DNA from: Takakia lepidozioides
Lineage: Eukaryota > Plantae > Bryophyta
Length of the DNA: 64,000 bases
Direction of reading: 5' to 3'
NCBI GenBank assembly: GCA_030704615.1
Contig: CM060731.1
Coordinates: 93,248,001 to 93,312,000 of the forward strand
The notes under the pieces are model-generated. The model did no database searches, was not told the DNA's origin, and saw nothing but the letters and a program-made list of their open reading frames with translations. A program made the translations under genes and the position numbers. This document shows, one piece after another, positions 62,943 through 64,000 of the stretch. Position 1 is the stretch's first letter; each line of letters opens with the position of its first letter.

Positions 62943-63202
62943 TGTCGAAGATTTTCAAAGTTTTCCACAGCTCCCCTTTTGGTCTACGAAGCGAGAGCAC
63001 ACCCACCGGGATTGGATCCTCGCAGTCTTCTGGCTTGAAGAGAGAGTAGAACAACAGAGAACAGAATGTAGGCTCCAGCGACCAAGAAGACTACCACTCG
63101 GCAGAAGGCTTGGTAAACTTGAGATTAGACAGGTGGGTGTTCTGTGTACGTATGTAGAGAGGGGACTGGAGACATATAGACAAAGACAGAAACAGAACGA
63201 GA

Positions 63203-63262
63203 ACGCGGGGGAAAGAGATGTGAGGATTCAAAACGGATGGCGGGCTTGAAAGTTCCCGCGCT
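63203..63262. promoter_or_regulatory. Possible E2F-type sites upstream of RNR1
   Basis: cgcgggggaaa (~63204) and gttcccgcgc (~63252) resemble TTTSSCGC; plant RNR genes are known E2F targets. Confidence 0.3.
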
Positions 63263-63450
63263 CCAGCACAGAGGGCAGTCATGATGCCTGCCTGCCACAT
63301 CCACCCCTCCATTTTGCCCCCGTCCTGCGATTCAATGCTCTGTACGTTTGCAGCGAGGCAGCCGCACTTCCTCAACAAATCGCTGCTTCCCACTCTGCCC
63401 CCAACCAAATTTTGCGTGGCTTTCATTCAAGCACACCCACCCTAAAACAC

Positions 63451-64000
63451 TTTTTTTTTTTTTTTTTTTAAGGGGGGGATTGTAGCCCCGACAACTTTAT
63501 TGAAGAAGAAGTAAGGAAAAAATAACCTTACATAGAGCCATAAGGCAGATTACAGAGGTACCACTCAGAAACAACTTACAGAAATCAAGGAAGATGAATC
63601 TAGACTAAGTAACCCTTACATAGTCGAAACAGGGAGAAGTGAGGAGAAAGGATAGAGCTGAAGTGTCCACCCTACAGAGATGAACCTGTCCAGCAAGAAG
63701 AAAGAGAGCATGACCTAGTCTGCCAAAAAACATCCTACATACTGCCTCATTTCCTCTTAGGACCCTCATAAGTAAGCTGTGTCTTTGCTTTTGCTTTCCT
63801 AGAGCCACTACGTTTGTGTCTCCAATTTATTTCCGTATCTTCGTTCTCCAGCGGAGTCTGTTTCGTTCTAGTTGAGCTTCCAACAGGCAGGGGGGAGTCT
63901 TCCCACACAATTCTTGTGTCTTCAATTCTCCTGCAGAAAACAAAGTCCTTCCCCCAAGATTCGTCGAACTTGGCAAAGAGTTGGGGTCTTCGATTGCTGT
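63451..64000 (-). mobile_element. 3' end of a LINE-like retroposed sequence with a poly(A) tail
   Basis: Poly-T at 63451-63469; AATAAA on minus ~63496-63501; degenerate Cys-containing coding-like sequence towards the window edge. Confidence 0.5.

Overview
Eukaryotic, intron-containing DNA, most likely from a land plant (PLS-type PPR remnants, plant-type RNR1, chromoviruses); the species cannot be determined. About 54 kb is a rearranged transposon nest, followed by one host gene (ribonucleotide reductase large subunit, minus strand, 56057-62942) and the 3' end of a LINE. The main finding is an 11.9-kb Mutator-like DNA transposon (3668-15567) with short TIRs and a 7-8 bp TSD. It carries two divergent spliced genes: a GCM-like/DDE/SWIM transposase, and a large accessory gene encoding a ParB/Srx-fold domain plus a C-terminal domain with the motifs of a beta-class N4C/N6A DNA methyltransferase. 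Three non-coding parts of the element hold arrays of one palindrome (GGAAATTCGGCGCCGAATTTCC core) spaced 53, 64, ~73/146 and 96 bp apart, close to whole helical turns, which suggests a parS-like binding array. The element inserted into an inverted copy of itself, giving a large palindrome. All copies here are pseudogenised, but their lesions are largely complementary. The 23-54 kb region contains inverted or shattered Ty3/gypsy elements, a divergent relative of the transposase, and a LINE fragment with a compact structured 3' end. Domain calls come from motif recognition by eye, not database searches.
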